A program made the translations under genes and the position numbers. From positions 16,813,208 to 16,877,207 of the forward strand of contig OU015568.1 of NCBI GenBank assembly GCA_907165135.1: DNA of 64,000 nucleotides. The letters are read 5' to 3'. Numbering within the stretch: the stretch's first letter is position 1; every line of letters begins with the position of its first letter. The notes under the pieces were generated by a model that was not told the DNA's origin, searched no databases, and saw only the letters and a program-made list of their open reading frames with translations. Shown here one piece after another: positions 24,171 to 37,600 of the stretch. This DNA is from Oikopleura dioica (Eukaryota > Animalia > Chordata).

Positions 24171-26470
24171 CAGGGTTTGAAATCTGAAAATTTTGCGTGA
24201 GCACGAGCACGCGTGAGCACGTGGGTGCTCGAAATGCAGTGAGCATGAGCACGCGTGAGCACGGGGCTGCTCAAATTTCAGTGAGCATGAGCACGGGTGA
24301 GCACGGAACGCTCAAATTTTCGTGAGCATGAGCACGCGTGAGCACGGGGGTGCTCAAATTTTCGTGAGCATGAGCACGCGTGAGCATGCTCACTGAGCTC
24401 ACTCACGTGCTCATGAACAGCTCATGCTCACCTGCTCATGAGCAGCTCATGCTCACTTGCTTATGAGCTGCAAGTGTACGTAGAGTATTTTCAAAATTTA
24501 AAATAAAAACCATAATAAAGTTAAAATCTTGGATAATTTAAATTTTAACAACAATGGGTGAGGGTGGGGTTGGGGACATTACTGAGATTGATCACCTCAA
24601 AGGTCCTAGCCAATGTCAAGCCCCTTAAATTAAGAAATCAAGGAACGGGGCTGAGACGGCCCGAAGGGCCGTCAAGCCCCTTAAATTAAGAAATCAAGGA
24701 ACGGGGCTGAGACGGCCCGAAGGGCCGTCAAGCCCCTTAAATTAAGAAATCAAGGAACGGGGCTGAGACGGCCCGAAGGGCCGTCAAGCCCTTAAATTAA
24801 GAAATCAAGGAACGGGGCTGAGACGGCCCGAAGGGCCGTCAAGCCCCTTAAATTAAGAAATCAAGGAACGGGGCTGAGACGGCCCGAAGGGCCGTCAAGC
24901 CCTTAAATTAAGAAATCAAGGAACGGGGCTGAGACGGCCCGAAGGGCCGTCAAGCCCTTAAATTAAGAAATCAAGGAACGGGGCTGAGACGGCCCGAAGG
25001 GCCGTCAAGCCCTTAAATTAAGAAATCAAGGAACGGGGCTGAGACGGCCCGAAGGGCCGTCAAGCCCCTTAAATTAAGAAATCAAGGAACGGGGCTGAGA
25101 CGGCCCGAAGGGCCGTCAAGCCCCTTAAATTAAGAAATCAAGGAACGGGGCTGAGACGGCCCGAAGGGCCGTCAAGCCCTTAAATTAAGAAATCAAGGAA
25201 CGGGGCTGAGACGGCCCGAAGGGCCGTCAAGCCCCTTAAATTAAGAAATCAAGGAACGGGGCTGAGACGGCCCGAAGGGCCGTCAAGCCCTTAAATTAAG
25301 AAATCAAGGAACGGGGCTGAGACGGCCCGAAGGGCCGTCAAGCCCTTAAATTAAGAAATCAAGGAACGGGGCTGAGACGGCCCGAAGGGCCGTCAAGCCC
25401 TTAAATTAAGAAATCAAGGAACGGGGCTGAGACGGCCCGAAGGGCCGTCAAGCCCCTTAAATTAAGAAATCAAGGAACGGGGCTGAGACGGCCCGAAGGG
25501 CCGTCAAGCCCCTTAAATTAAGAAATCAAGGAACGGGGCTGAGACGGCCCGAAGGGCCGTCAAGCCCTTAAATTAAGAAATCAAGGAACGGGGCTGAGAC
25601 GGCCCGAAGGGCCGTCAAGCCCTTAAATTAAGAAATCAAGGAACGGGGCTGAGACGGCCCGAAGGGCCGTCAAGCCCTTAAATTAAGAAATCAAGGAACG
25701 GGGCTGAGACGGCCCGAAGGGCCGTCAAGCCCTTAAATTAAGAAATCAAGGAACGGGGCTGAGACGGCCCGAAGGGCCGTCAAGCCCCTTAAATTAAGAA
25801 ATCAAGGAACGGGGCTGAGACGGCCCGAAGGGCCGTCAAGCCCCTTAAATTAAGAAATCAAGGAACGGGGCTGAGACGGCCCGAAGGGCCGTCAAGCCCC
25901 TTAAATTAAGAAATCAAGGAACGGGGCTGAGACGGCCCGAAGGGCCGTCAAGCCCTTAAATTAAGAAATCAAGGAACGGGGCTGAGACGGCCCGAAGGGC
26001 CGTCAAGCCCTTAAATTAATAAATCAAGGAACGGGGCTGAGACGGCCCGAAGGGCCGTCAAGCCCCTTAGATTAAGAAATCAAGGAACGGGGCTGAGACG
26101 GCCCGAAGGGCCGTCAAGCCCCTTAAATTAATAAATCAAGGAACGGGGCTGAGACGGCCCAAAAAATCCCACCCGCGCAACCCCAAGTTTGACTTATAAC
26201 CGCCTATAGAACCGCCTATAGAACGACTGTGAGCCCGTCTAAATGTGAGCTATGAGCACATGCTCACGTGCTCATGAGCACAGAATTTTCCCTTCCAGAG
26301 ATCCATGAGCATGAGCTCGCGTGAGCACGACTGTTCTCAATAATCGGTGAGCATGAGCACGCGTGAGCACGAGGGGCCCAGAATTTTGTGAGCATGAGCA
26401 CGCGTGAGCATGCTCATTGAGCTCACTCACGTGCTCACGTGCTCGTGAGCTTGTCAGATTTCAAACCCTG
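24171..26470. mobile_element. 2.3-kb non-autonomous hAT element carrying a tandem array
   Basis: 17-bp TIR CAGGGTTTGAAATCTGA, perfect 8-bp TSD CCTGAGTC (24163-24170, 26471-26478), and subterminal GTGAGCATGAGCAC repeats at both ends. No transposase ORF. Confidence 0.93.
24615..26160 (+). repeat. Tandem array of 28 copies of a 55/56-bp unit
   Basis: Unit GTCAAGCCC(C)TTAAATTAAGAAATCAAGGAACGGGGCTGAGACGGCCCGAAGGGCC. Units are nearly identical, the last is truncated, and there are no unique spacers. Confidence 0.97.
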
Positions 26471-27611
26471 CCTGAGTCACGGCTGTGAAGGTGTCCAAAT
26501 AAAAAGCCGCTACGCGGCTTTTCTTGAAATGAAGCCGCTGCGCGGCTTCCCAAAAATTTTTATTCAAGATCGAGTTTGATAAATTCTCTTTATCCAATTC
26601 TGATTCAGGGAAACCAAAAAATCCGACTAGAAAACAGACAGAAAAGACCTCTATTCTGACCATCACCAAGATCCCCGAGTTGATAAAACTTGCTCAATTG
26701 GAGTTTCTATTGAGGTACCTCGTCTGGGTGCAAAATTTTGTGTATTGGGAACGCACAACAGTGATCGCGCAGCTCAATCGTTATGACGGTCGATTTTTAT
26801 TGGCATCGAATAAACACTATCTCACTCGAAAGCTATCCTTCTCTCTGACTTTTTGGCCGCCGCTGACCTATTTCCGCACTCATCATACGCACTGCTGACG
26901 GCGATCAAAGTGGGCAATCATTGTATTTTTGTAAATCAATTAATTCCCAAAAACTTCGGTGGATATTTTTATTATAAAAGTTAAATAAGTTGATTTCTCG
27001 AAGGATTATAATACTCGTATAATAAAGTCGTAAAAGCTTGAAATGCCCTTTTTCTTTTCTAAAAATCTGATCGGTTTCACTCATTGAATAAATAATCATC
27101 AGGCCGCGTTTTATATAACCATAGAAGACACGATCTAGGGTTCCAACAAAAACATTTCCGCTGCTGGGGGCACCCTTTTTCGCGGCTATTTTTTCCCACT
27201 GTCGAGAAAGCAAATCTTCCATGAAGGATAACAACGGGTTAATTAACTCAGTGCTAGTAAAGCAAGCAGGCCCTCATGCGAAAGTTGGATTTCCGGCTTG
27301 TGTCTGAGCCCAGTTAGCGTTTTGTGTATTGCAGCAGCTTACAGTCGGTGGGCCACTTGCCGCGCGAGCGCGTTTTAGGACCGCCGGACCGGTCCCGCTA
27401 GGCGGCGCAGTCTTCTTCGGCCTCATATGTCTTTGTATGTCGCTATATCCATTTTCTTCGTTTTAACACTTACCTTTTTATTCCGAAAATAAGAGACACG
27501 TTCTAAACCTGCGCAACCGTTAACATTACCCAGCAGAAGACATGGCAGAAAACTAGATAATCCCAAGCTAATATTCCTGAGCCCATTCACTAGCCGCAAT
27601 CCTTCCGGGCG

Positions 27612-29923
27612 ATGTCTAGCGCTGACCAGCAGCAGCCTGGACCCAGCTCCTCAAGAACTCACCCCTCCGCGGAAGCTGCCGACGCCGATGCTGGCGAACA
27701 CAGCCAAGACACGACCCCAGAAGCCGACGATCCTCAAGGAATCCTCTCTGAAGAAGGGCTCAATCCAACCCTCCCGCGAATCGGCACGCACACTGGACTA
27801 ACAACTGGAATCACTCAGGCATGGATATCCAAAGGTTTTACTTCTTTTTCGTAAAAATAAAAAAATGCTTCTCGATAAAAAAAATAAAAAAGCTGAAATT
27901 GGAGATTGCGCGTTAAAGCGGCTGGCGGCACCCAGGGCGCAGGAAGACAAGGTCTATGCGCTCGTAGATTTGAAGAGGTTAACATTTTGCCTCACAAGTA
28001 ACCAGCCTGCTAATTTTTGCTGATTTCCTTTTCTTGTCTCAGGATATCCTCTCCAAAGCCAGTGGGCCCGCAAATAAGCTCAGAGCCGCCTTACAGTTCT
28101 CTGTCGAATATTCCCTCGCTTCCGTCTAGCTCTCTGTCGACTAATCCTCTCCAGCATCATCCTCTCTCCATGTTTCAGGATTCGGGAGTTAATCCAGTGC
28201 TACCAACGCCTGCTTTCCCGCCACATCCGTCCGTCAGTATGCCTCAAATTCCCTTCCCCGGAGGAGGTAAGTTTGAAATAAAGTGAAGCTGTACCATCGC
28301 CGTTCACTTTTCCCATCTTTTCCTCGCCTAGTTCAACGCTTCATTCAGTTGGCAACCCATTCTTCAACCCATCTTTGCCGTTTCCTCCCTTCTTTCCCCA
28401 GCCATCGTTTCCAATGACGATGCCGCCCTACGCCTCTGACGTCGTCCCGGATCCAGCAATTAATCCCGGCGGACTATATAGGTAAAGTTAAAGCCAAGAA
28501 GAGTGTACTTTATATACACATACAAAAATCGATAATTCCCCGTTAGTAAACTCGAAACTTTTAGCTCCCTTCAGCCTCAAAATGAACTGAAGTGCCAGAT
28601 CTGTGGCCGCGAATTCGCCCGACGCACCAATTTGCTCCTACATTACCGGACTCATACTGGCGAAAAACCGTACAGCTGTGACACCTGCGGAAGAAGCTTC
28701 AGCCAATCGGGCTCTCTCAAGGCTCACAAGCGGATTCATACTGGAGAAATGCCGTACCAGTGCAGCTACTGTCCCAAAAAGTAAGTTCCTTTTTCATCAA
28801 AGCTGCTCGGAGCTGTCAAAGTAAATTCTGGGCGAAGTTTTGTTGAGCAATTGAATGAGAAACGGAAATAAGTAATCTGCACCATGTCCTCGACGCCCTT
28901 GTGCTCAGCGTCTCGTTATCAATGCGAAAGACGCGTGCTATGGCAGGATGCGGCAACAGCAAAGCCTCAGGGGAGAGGTGAGAAGCGCGTTCCGCTTCAC
29001 TGATAGTCAAAAAGATCTGTGCCCAAAGCCAGTTGATTTTAGTCGGCACTTCGCGAATTTATAAGCCAACAAGTACTTATCAAAAGCCAAATATATGTGC
29101 GAGGAGAATCTGTTTTGTAACTGTTGTCCTAGATTCCGACTGAAGGGTCAAAAAACGCGGCACGAACGAACTCACACTGGCGAACGCCCATTTGTTTGCG
29201 ATCAATGTGGGGCGAAATTCGCCGACACGACGAACTTACAGTCGCACAAAAGAATACACACTGGAGAACGCCCGTTCGTCTGCGAGCACTGCCACAAGGG
29301 TTTCAGCCAGAAACAACATCTAAAGGTAAAAAGTCCATTAAAACGAGCATTTTCTAATAAAGTTTTCAGACCCATTTGCTGACGCACACTGGAGAGCTTC
29401 CTCACGAATGCGGAGTGTGTCGGAAAAGATTTAGACAGAAGGGACATCTCAAACAGCATGAAAGAACTCATACTGGTAGGAGATCGATAAATTCTAGGAT
29501 TGGGGACCTGTTTGGAAAACCTGAGTCAGGGTTCTGAAAAATTTTTGATGAAAGCCGCTGCTCTTCAAGAAATGCAGCCACTTATTCAGCATCAATATTC
29601 TTTCAAAGCTCTCTGAGGTCCCTGACTCAGGTTTTCTACACAGCTTCCGAGAAAAGTCTAGAATTCTTCAATTTCGTAAATATTTTTTTCAGGAGAAAAG
29701 CCCTTCGAATGTCAAATCTGCGGCCAGCGCTTCACCAAATCAGGTAACAAAAAACATTTTCGAAAATTCCCTCAGTCCATTTTTTCTAGGAAATCTAAAC
29801 AGCCACATGCGACTGCATCAGTGGCGCTGCGAGCTGTGTAATTTGACGTTTTCGGACCAAGCGTCGATGCGAGCCCACGAGCTGCAAGTTCATCCCACTT
29901 TCGAAAGCAGCAGTCATATGTAA
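27612..29923 (+). CDS. C2H2 zinc-finger transcription factor (8 fingers, Pro/Ser-rich N-terminus)
   Basis: Fingers [56 protein letters not shown] and CELCNLTF with HTGE(K/R)P linkers. GT-AG introns. Confidence 0.92.
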
Positions 29924-30438
29924 TTCTCTTCAACTGATCCATTTTCAGAGTTCAAAGAATAAAATTTTGCGTGTACTCTTCCTTGATTTCAAAGTCTCTT
30001 TATTAGTTCAAGATGCAACGCACTTTGTCTTGCTCGATTGTTGTATTGATAAGATGGAGCCTTGTCACATGATGATTTTCCTCCTGAAAGTCCGAATTTC
30101 CTCTCTTGTGGTTGCTTCTGATCGTTGCATGTCAGCTGACAGTCAGCACTTTCAGAAAGCATTCTATTCGTTTCGGAGCCGCGCGCCTACACTGATAAGC
30201 AAACAGCTCAACCTCCTTCTCTTAACTCAAAATTAGTCGTATTTTACACGAGAAAAAACACAATATTCTGCTCTGCTACTCACCCCGAGATTCTTCTACT
30301 CTACAGGGGCGGAGTTTAATAGACATTGAAAGTACTAGTGCCATAATATGGCACACTTGTCGTCGTAAGGTTTAATCTTCTCTAGATTCTTTTCACATAT
30401 TAAAATATTTTTTATTTTGATTTTGAATTTTTTAAGAA

Positions 30439-31344
30439 ATGAAGTTTTTCGCAATTTTCGCCCTGTTTTTGATTGCGATAAAGGCTCAAGATGATCGAGA
30501 ATACGAAATAGGTAGCGAAGGTTTTTTTTATAAGTTTTCAGCAAAATTAGATGAGGCGTACAATGATGTTGTCGATTTCGAGGAAGATTTTATGATCGAC
30601 GACATTGAAGATGACGAATATGACGATACTTACGAAGAATATGAAAATGTAAGTTTTGCGTCGTTAGCTTCATTGAAGTTGACCTAGGATGTCGAAATTT
30701 CTGACTATAGCTTCGTCGACGATGGCGATTACGATGATGAAGATTATCAAGAGGTGAGAATCCCCTGAGAAAGAAAACACACTGTTCAATTACTTCAAGT
30801 ACTACAACACTAATGACGTCCCTATCTACGACTACGACGAGCAAATTTATGACCCCATCGTTGATTTTGTGAGTTTTTTCTTGTTTTCCTCAAAAAAAAA
30901 TAATATCACTAGATCGATGGCGATTCCCGATATCCTTTTCCTGACGAAATCAATTTGGAACCAACTGGCGAAAATAAAATCCATGGCGGAAAGCGATTCG
31001 CATACAAAGGCACGAGAAACGACGGTGTCTTCAAATACGTCAACTCTGGCGGATCGCGACTGCTCTTTTATCCGAAAACGAAAAAGTGGGCTCTGCACGA
31101 CTCGGAGACAAAACTGTGGGCAAAGGATATTTCGGATGATATCTGCGCGATCGATTTGCATCTCAGAGGCAATCCGTTTGCATTTGGTACTGCCTGCTCT
31201 GGCCCTCAATCAACAACTGTAGCTCCTGCAGAGGCCGAAGCTAGGGTTCAAGAAAACACCAAAACTGCCTCTTCTACTGGACAGATGAACGTCTTCACCA
31301 TTTTTATCCCATCGATTCTTGCTGCTCTCTTTTTCCTCTCATAG
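30439..31344 (+). CDS. Secreted, probably GPI-anchored, D/E/Y-rich protein
   Basis: Signal peptide MKFFAIFALFLIAIKA, an acidic Tyr-rich tract over 3 exons, a small globular domain, an S/T/A stalk and a hydrophobic C-terminus (VFTIFIPSILAALFFLS*). Four GT-AG exons. Confidence 0.8.
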
Positions 31345-31634
31345 GCTTTTATTTATTTTATAGCCCATTCATAGCCTGAAAATACAATTTTTCTGCCATT
31401 AATTCTTGTCATTTGTCAATAATAAACTGTTACTTTGTTATTGCAATTATGCTAGCATTTTCTATAACAAAATGTCAACACGTAAATCATGTAAACTCTG
31501 AAATCGAGATTCGCGACAAGATCAAAACATGCAACGACGATGTCAATCATAAATCGCATCTCCGACTGCTCGTTTGGAGCGAAGAATCCTCAAGAAGAAG
31601 GGATCTCAGTTGGGAAAATTAGCGTCTGAGAAAG

Positions 31635-34600
31635 ATGTTAATTCTCTCAAGCCTGCTCCTTCTGGGAGTCTATGGCAAAGAGAGACTAATAAAATTTGCC
31701 AAGAACCAGCTGGTTGTAGACAATACCGCGTCCATCTTGATCGGAGGTGATTTCAGAGAGCACAATCCTACAAGTGTACAGGCCAAGTGAGTGTAAATGC
31801 CAAAGATTTATTTTTAAATGATAATTCCAGAGCGGGCGGTAAAACGTTCAATTGCGTCATCAAAGAATCCACCGATGACTCTATCAAATGCTCTCTTGCT
31901 CTTCGAAAGCACATTGACGAGTACCGATTTACTCTTTTCTCCCGAACTGATGATGGACTTACAGAGCTAGTTTGTGATAAACCGCGAAACTGCCTCGTTT
32001 CTGTGGACGGAGCACCAACTCGAACACCGAACTTTGAGCAAGGTGTCAAGCGATTCGCCCCAGAAGCCGCGCCAATTATCACTGAAGTTGGCCCAGCTGA
32101 GGCGTCCTATCGAGGTGGAACTGTCTTTACGATTGCCGGTGTCAATTTCGGAGAGTCTCTCGAGTCCTTCGGTGAAGAGGGAAGAAGCGACAACAGTGAT
32201 ATCCATGTCTTTTTCGCCAACGGGCTGACGTACATTCCATGTCCCTTGATCACTCACTGGTACAACCCCGGAGAAATCGCTTGTCAAGCGGAGCCTTTTG
32301 GAAGAGAAGCGCAGTGGGCTACTTTGGTTTACCTCAACGGCGAAAAGCTGATTGCTAACTGCGGTGATTGTATCGTCCAGACCAGAAGTCCAGATTCAGG
32401 AAACACAGTGGGCTTTGAAGTTCTCCATGGCAACGTTGCTTATCCGGGTCCGGCACCAGAGTGGACTGAGTGGACATCAGTCACCGGAACCGTCGATGGA
32501 CAGGAGCTGATCTTCATGGACACATTTTACGCCCATAATTTTGGCTGCCGCGCTCCGATCGCCTTCCAGGCCCGACATCTTGACGGCACTGTTTTGAGTG
32601 AAGAAGATTTTGAAGACTTTTTTGAAGGTTCGCAGGCCTCGAAGATCATTTGCCCCGAAGACGGCTGCGATGGATTTGAGTTCAGATTCCTCTGCGACGA
32701 GAACTCCTTCTTCATCAATCTTGATGGCGACCGCGACAACAAGGACTACTCGGCCTTCGACGTCGATGAGCGAGAGAATCACTTAATGGCGATCGAAATC
32801 GAAACTGACTTCCCTACTCCTGGCATCGTCGCATCTTGTGGACTTGGATACACAGACTCTGATGAGCTCCATCATCTCTACTCCGTCTATGCAAAGGATA
32901 GATGGAACGGTGCTGCGACTTGCCGAGTTGATGCCCGAGCGATCGGAGACTTCACTATCTCGCCCATTCATTTGAAAGCGGGTCGAGGTGTCGCTGAACA
33001 AGATTCTCTCTACATGACGGAAGACGGAACAACAGCTAATTTCGGTCTGGCACCAAGAATTGACTCGATCACCCCAGCCGAAGGTTCTCGATTCGGCGGA
33101 ACATTCATCACAATTACTGGTCGAAATCTCGCAAATAACCATCAACAAACAAAAATCGTCCTTGCTGGAAATGTTCCCTGCAACATCGTGAGCTCGTCTG
33201 CTTCTGAAATCATCTGCCAAGTTGAAAGACAAGAAATCGACACGAGTGGACAAACCATTTTCCCTGGCGGTCTTGGCGCCATCGACTATTTTGGCGATGG
33301 AACAGAGAAAACGCAGTACGAATTGAAATCGGAAAGTGGCGACATGAAAGGATTTTTCCGAGTCCCAGTTTCCGGTCACTACGTTTTGAACAATGGACTT
33401 AACTACGACCTGAATCAAGATGGAAACTATGTGAGCTCAGGAAGCTCAAAAGTCTTCCTGGATGCCGACCTTCAGTATGGATTTGAAGCAAGTCAATCCA
33501 AAGCTTATGGTTATGTTTTCCACGGCGATGGAAGCGAACAAACACTCGACTCTCTGATCCCACCATACAAGACCATTCAACCAACTGGACACGAGTTGGA
33601 AACTCAACTTGAGCGACAACAAGTAAAGGTTTTCTCGAGCAGCGCTGAAAAGACAAAACACGTGATTCTTCTTGAAACTGGATCTGTCTCGAGCAGCGTC
33701 GAATTCCGACTTCGACTTCGCGGCGGAGGGTCAACTCGCCAGACTGAGTTGCTTACATTCAGCGATCTTGCATCGAATGGTGCTTCCCTTCTCAACTCGT
33801 GGTTTGCAGACGGCTTCAACGCTGGCGCTGACATTGATTCCGTTGATGTGTCTGCATCTCATGGCAATGCCAGAATCACGGTTACTTTCAAAGGTCCAGG
33901 TTGCGAGAACACGCTTTCCGCAATTGAAGTTGTCCATGCAAACGTTGTCTCCGAAAGCAGACAGTTCACGAATGCTTTTGGAGACTCGACAACTGGTTTC
34001 AGAAGCACAATCAATGCCGATGGGCAAACACTCGTTATCGACACTTGGGAACACCAAATGATCATTCCCGGCGTTTCTGGAAGTTTCCAGCTTCATTACA
34101 AAACTTGGTCGTCCGAAGTCATCGACTCCGAAACGATTCTCGAAGCGGATCTCTTGACAATTCTCAATACAGCTCATCTCGATCTTTACACCGCAACAAT
34201 CGATCATTTTGAGCGCTCATGTTCAAACGGATTTTTCTTCCGAGTTCTCTTCCAAAAGGTCGGAGACTTCCCAGAAATCACTGCCACCAGCAACGATATG
34301 TCTCCTGAAGCCAGCGAGACCTCCGGCACTCGACATGGTGGTGTCGTTGTAGCCAAAATGCCAGGAACAGCATTGACAAAGGCGCTTGATACTCCTCAAG
34401 TTCAACTTTTTGTGAAAAATATCGCGGCATCTTGTGAAAACTGCGACTTTACTTTTGTTACTGCAGATACTGCCACTTCAATTAGCACAACTTCAATTAC
34501 GCTAAACGGTCAATCTCAGTCTCTCACAATCTCTGGAAGCGGACTTGACAGCACAGCAATTGTCATGTTTGGCGAAACGTCTTGCACTGCCGAGACAGAT

Positions 34601-37600
34601 TTCTGTACTATCACTTCAGCAACGTCCTCCAGTGTCACTGTTTCCTTCACAAAATTGCCCTGGGGAACTAGTCCTGTCTACGTTGTGACCGATTCTGGCT
34701 TTGCTGACTTTACTCCAGGATTGGAGGTCACAGTCTCTTCATCACTTGGAGTCTCTGTTTCCGTTGGAGCAAACGGTCGAAACGTCAACGGTGGTACACT
34801 CGTCACCATCAGCGGCGGTGGTTTCGGACTCGCCAAGAGAGTTATCAACTTCGGAGGGATCGCTGCTGAGGAGGTTGATCGAACGATCGATGACGTCGTT
34901 GTCCGATCACCTGAGCAACCTGCTACCCGAAACGGCGAAGTCGACATCACGGTCGACGGTGACGATGGCTCTCTCACTACATACGTGTATGATGCTGCTG
35001 GTGACGATATTGACATGAGCGTATCTAGCCTCAGTGTCACTGGAGACACAGTTACTATCACATTCACGCGAACGCTAGCCGACGACACTGTCACTTTTTA
35101 CATCGAAACGACTCCATTCCATACTGCTCAAGTTACCGGAAATACTTACGAGTTGTTTATTCCAGCGATGGAGCCTGGAAGTTATAATTTCCGAGCACTT
35201 GTTGGCGATTTCGGATTCACCAACTGGTACAGCATTGATACTCTTCTTAGCGTCAACACAGTTGTCCCGGCTGCGTCCTCAATGGCTGGTGGAGCAGTGA
35301 TCACGATCAACGGAGATGGCTTCGGAACTAATCAAGAACTGACTCAAGTCACAATCGGCGGTACCAACTGCGATATTCTCACTCAAACCGACAAGAAAAT
35401 CACCTGCCTAACCCACTCACAGTACAAGACGCATGTAGCAACCTTCGTTGGTACAAATTGGGCTCCTGCTCATTTCGTCATCAATCAGAATGACAAGATC
35501 GTCTGGCAATGGCAGCTCGGAACCTCCATCAATGTCAACCTTGAGTCCGTCCCAGCTGGCGAATTCTCATACCCTGCTCAGAGCGCTGCAGTCGGCGAAG
35601 TTTCTCGAGTCTTCGACGAAGCTCCAGGTTTCTATACCTACACAACTGGTGCGATCGACAACCTTGGAACATCCACCCCCGTCGGAACTATTCAAATCGA
35701 AGCGCCTGTTGATAATGAACAGCAAGTTGTCGTTCACGTCAATGGCTTTGTTGCGCTCAAGGATCAAGTCCGAAGATGGAAGAAAAAGAAGCCTTCCAAG
35801 AACTGCGCGCCAATTGACGCTGACATCTCATCTCAAATCGTCGAGAATTTCGTACCAGCAAACTGCACCGGTTGCTTGAAGCATACTTTTTCATACTCAC
35901 GAACTCCGATCGCCACTGGCGGTTCCTGGTTCGGAAGTACAGTAATGGTCACTGCATCTGGCCTCGCTGATAACAACGCGTGTATTGATCAATACGAAAT
36001 GTACGCTATTACGAAGAATAACCCTGAAGCTAAAATCCCGTTTACGGTCACATCCGTCGGCACTGACGGAACAATCATGGGCTCACTTGGGGAGACCACA
36101 GACAACTGGCCAGTGAATGAAAAAGTGTACGTGCAGGTCAATCAGTTCGGTCGTGGCTTGACTCAAATCGACGAGACAATCACGGGTCTTCAGAAGACCT
36201 TCCAACCAACCTGCTCTGGAATCTACCCACTTGAGGGTTCAAGACATGGCGGTGGTATTCTCACAATTTCGGGAGAAAACTTTGCTTATGACAAATATCC
36301 AACTTGGAAAATGGCTGTCAATGTTTGCGAAGAAGTCATTTCCGTGAGTGGAACAGAGATTCGATGCAGACTTGCACCGAGTCAATTTGTCGGACTTCCA
36401 CTTACCATCAAGGTGTATTACTGCGAAACAGATTTTGAGGAATACGACGCGAATGCCATCACTCTTTGCGCTAATACCGGCGACGAAGGTTTCACGATGA
36501 CATTTAGCGGAAAACGATACACTGGAGTTGAACCAACAAATGAAATGACCAACGTTGTCGGCCCTCCAGAAGTTCAAGGCGCCTTTACGGTGGATTTCGA
36601 TCTTCCACTCGTCGGAGAGCCAAGTGTCGTCGCTGGAGAGTGCCGATTCTGGAACGCGTCTAATCCTGGCGAAGATTGGTTCGATATGGACGTCACTCAC
36701 TCCTGCGATGGCTCAAATTGTCACTTTTCAATGGATCTTCCGTCACCAACCCTAGATGACTACGATGTGCGACTATACCTCAACAATTACGGATACATCC
36801 ACGTTGGACAATTTTTCCTCGGACTTGAGATTAAATCATTCGATAATGTGATCAAAAAGGGTTCTATGGGTGGTGGTCACGTCCTCGAGTTCACCACAAA
36901 CGATAATCTTGGTCAAATTCCAACTATGACGAAGGTCACCTTCCAGTTCCAGGGAACCAATGGATGGGGAGATATTTGCGGTGTCATTGAAGATCCAGAC
37001 GCATGCAAACTTGTTCCTGTTGGCTCCACAAAACTTCAGCTAATCACACCCGATGCTTGGAAATGGCCAAACGGGCTACCTGGCTTCACCAACAAGGCAT
37101 ACATAACCTTCTACAACCAGCTCGGCCAGGTCGATCCGCGAATAACTTGCGCCCCAGGTGTTTGTGACTACGAGTACGATATTATGAAAACTAGAATTAT
37201 CACTGATCAGACGTTGTCTATCCACCCACTTTGGAACTACCGATACATCGCTAATGAAGAAGTCACTTTTGGAATCGACATGTTCCACGATAATCCACCC
37301 TGTGACGGCATCACCATCGCTATTGGTGATCGAGATTGTCCGATTACCAATTGCGATCCTTCTGCTCTCCAACTCACTTGTGCTGTTCCTGGGCAAGCAA
37401 CCGGAGAGTACAATCTATACATCAATTTCCCTGGCGTCGGTTACGCTGTCCACCAAGAATACTGGTTCGAGATGGGCTATTGGGTCGACTCCGTCACCCC
37501 AGTTGCTGGTTCATATGGTGGAGGAACCTCCATAACAATCACCGGCAGCGGCTTCTACGACGACGATAAGATTGGAACTCTCTGCGGCGAAGAACTTATC

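Noticed and set aside
24650-24680. Hammerhead ribozyme (CTGAGA + GGCCC-GAA-GGGCC stem)
   Set aside because: The core lacks the CUGANGA spacing, and TCAA follows stem II instead of the required GAAA.
24615-26160. CRISPR array
   Set aside because: Units are contiguous and essentially identical with no unique spacers, there are no cas genes, and the context is eukaryotic.
26905-27234. 109-aa minus-strand ORF upstream of the zinc-finger gene
   Set aside because: No domain recognised, the second half is AT-rich and intron-like, and no consistent exon chain could be built.
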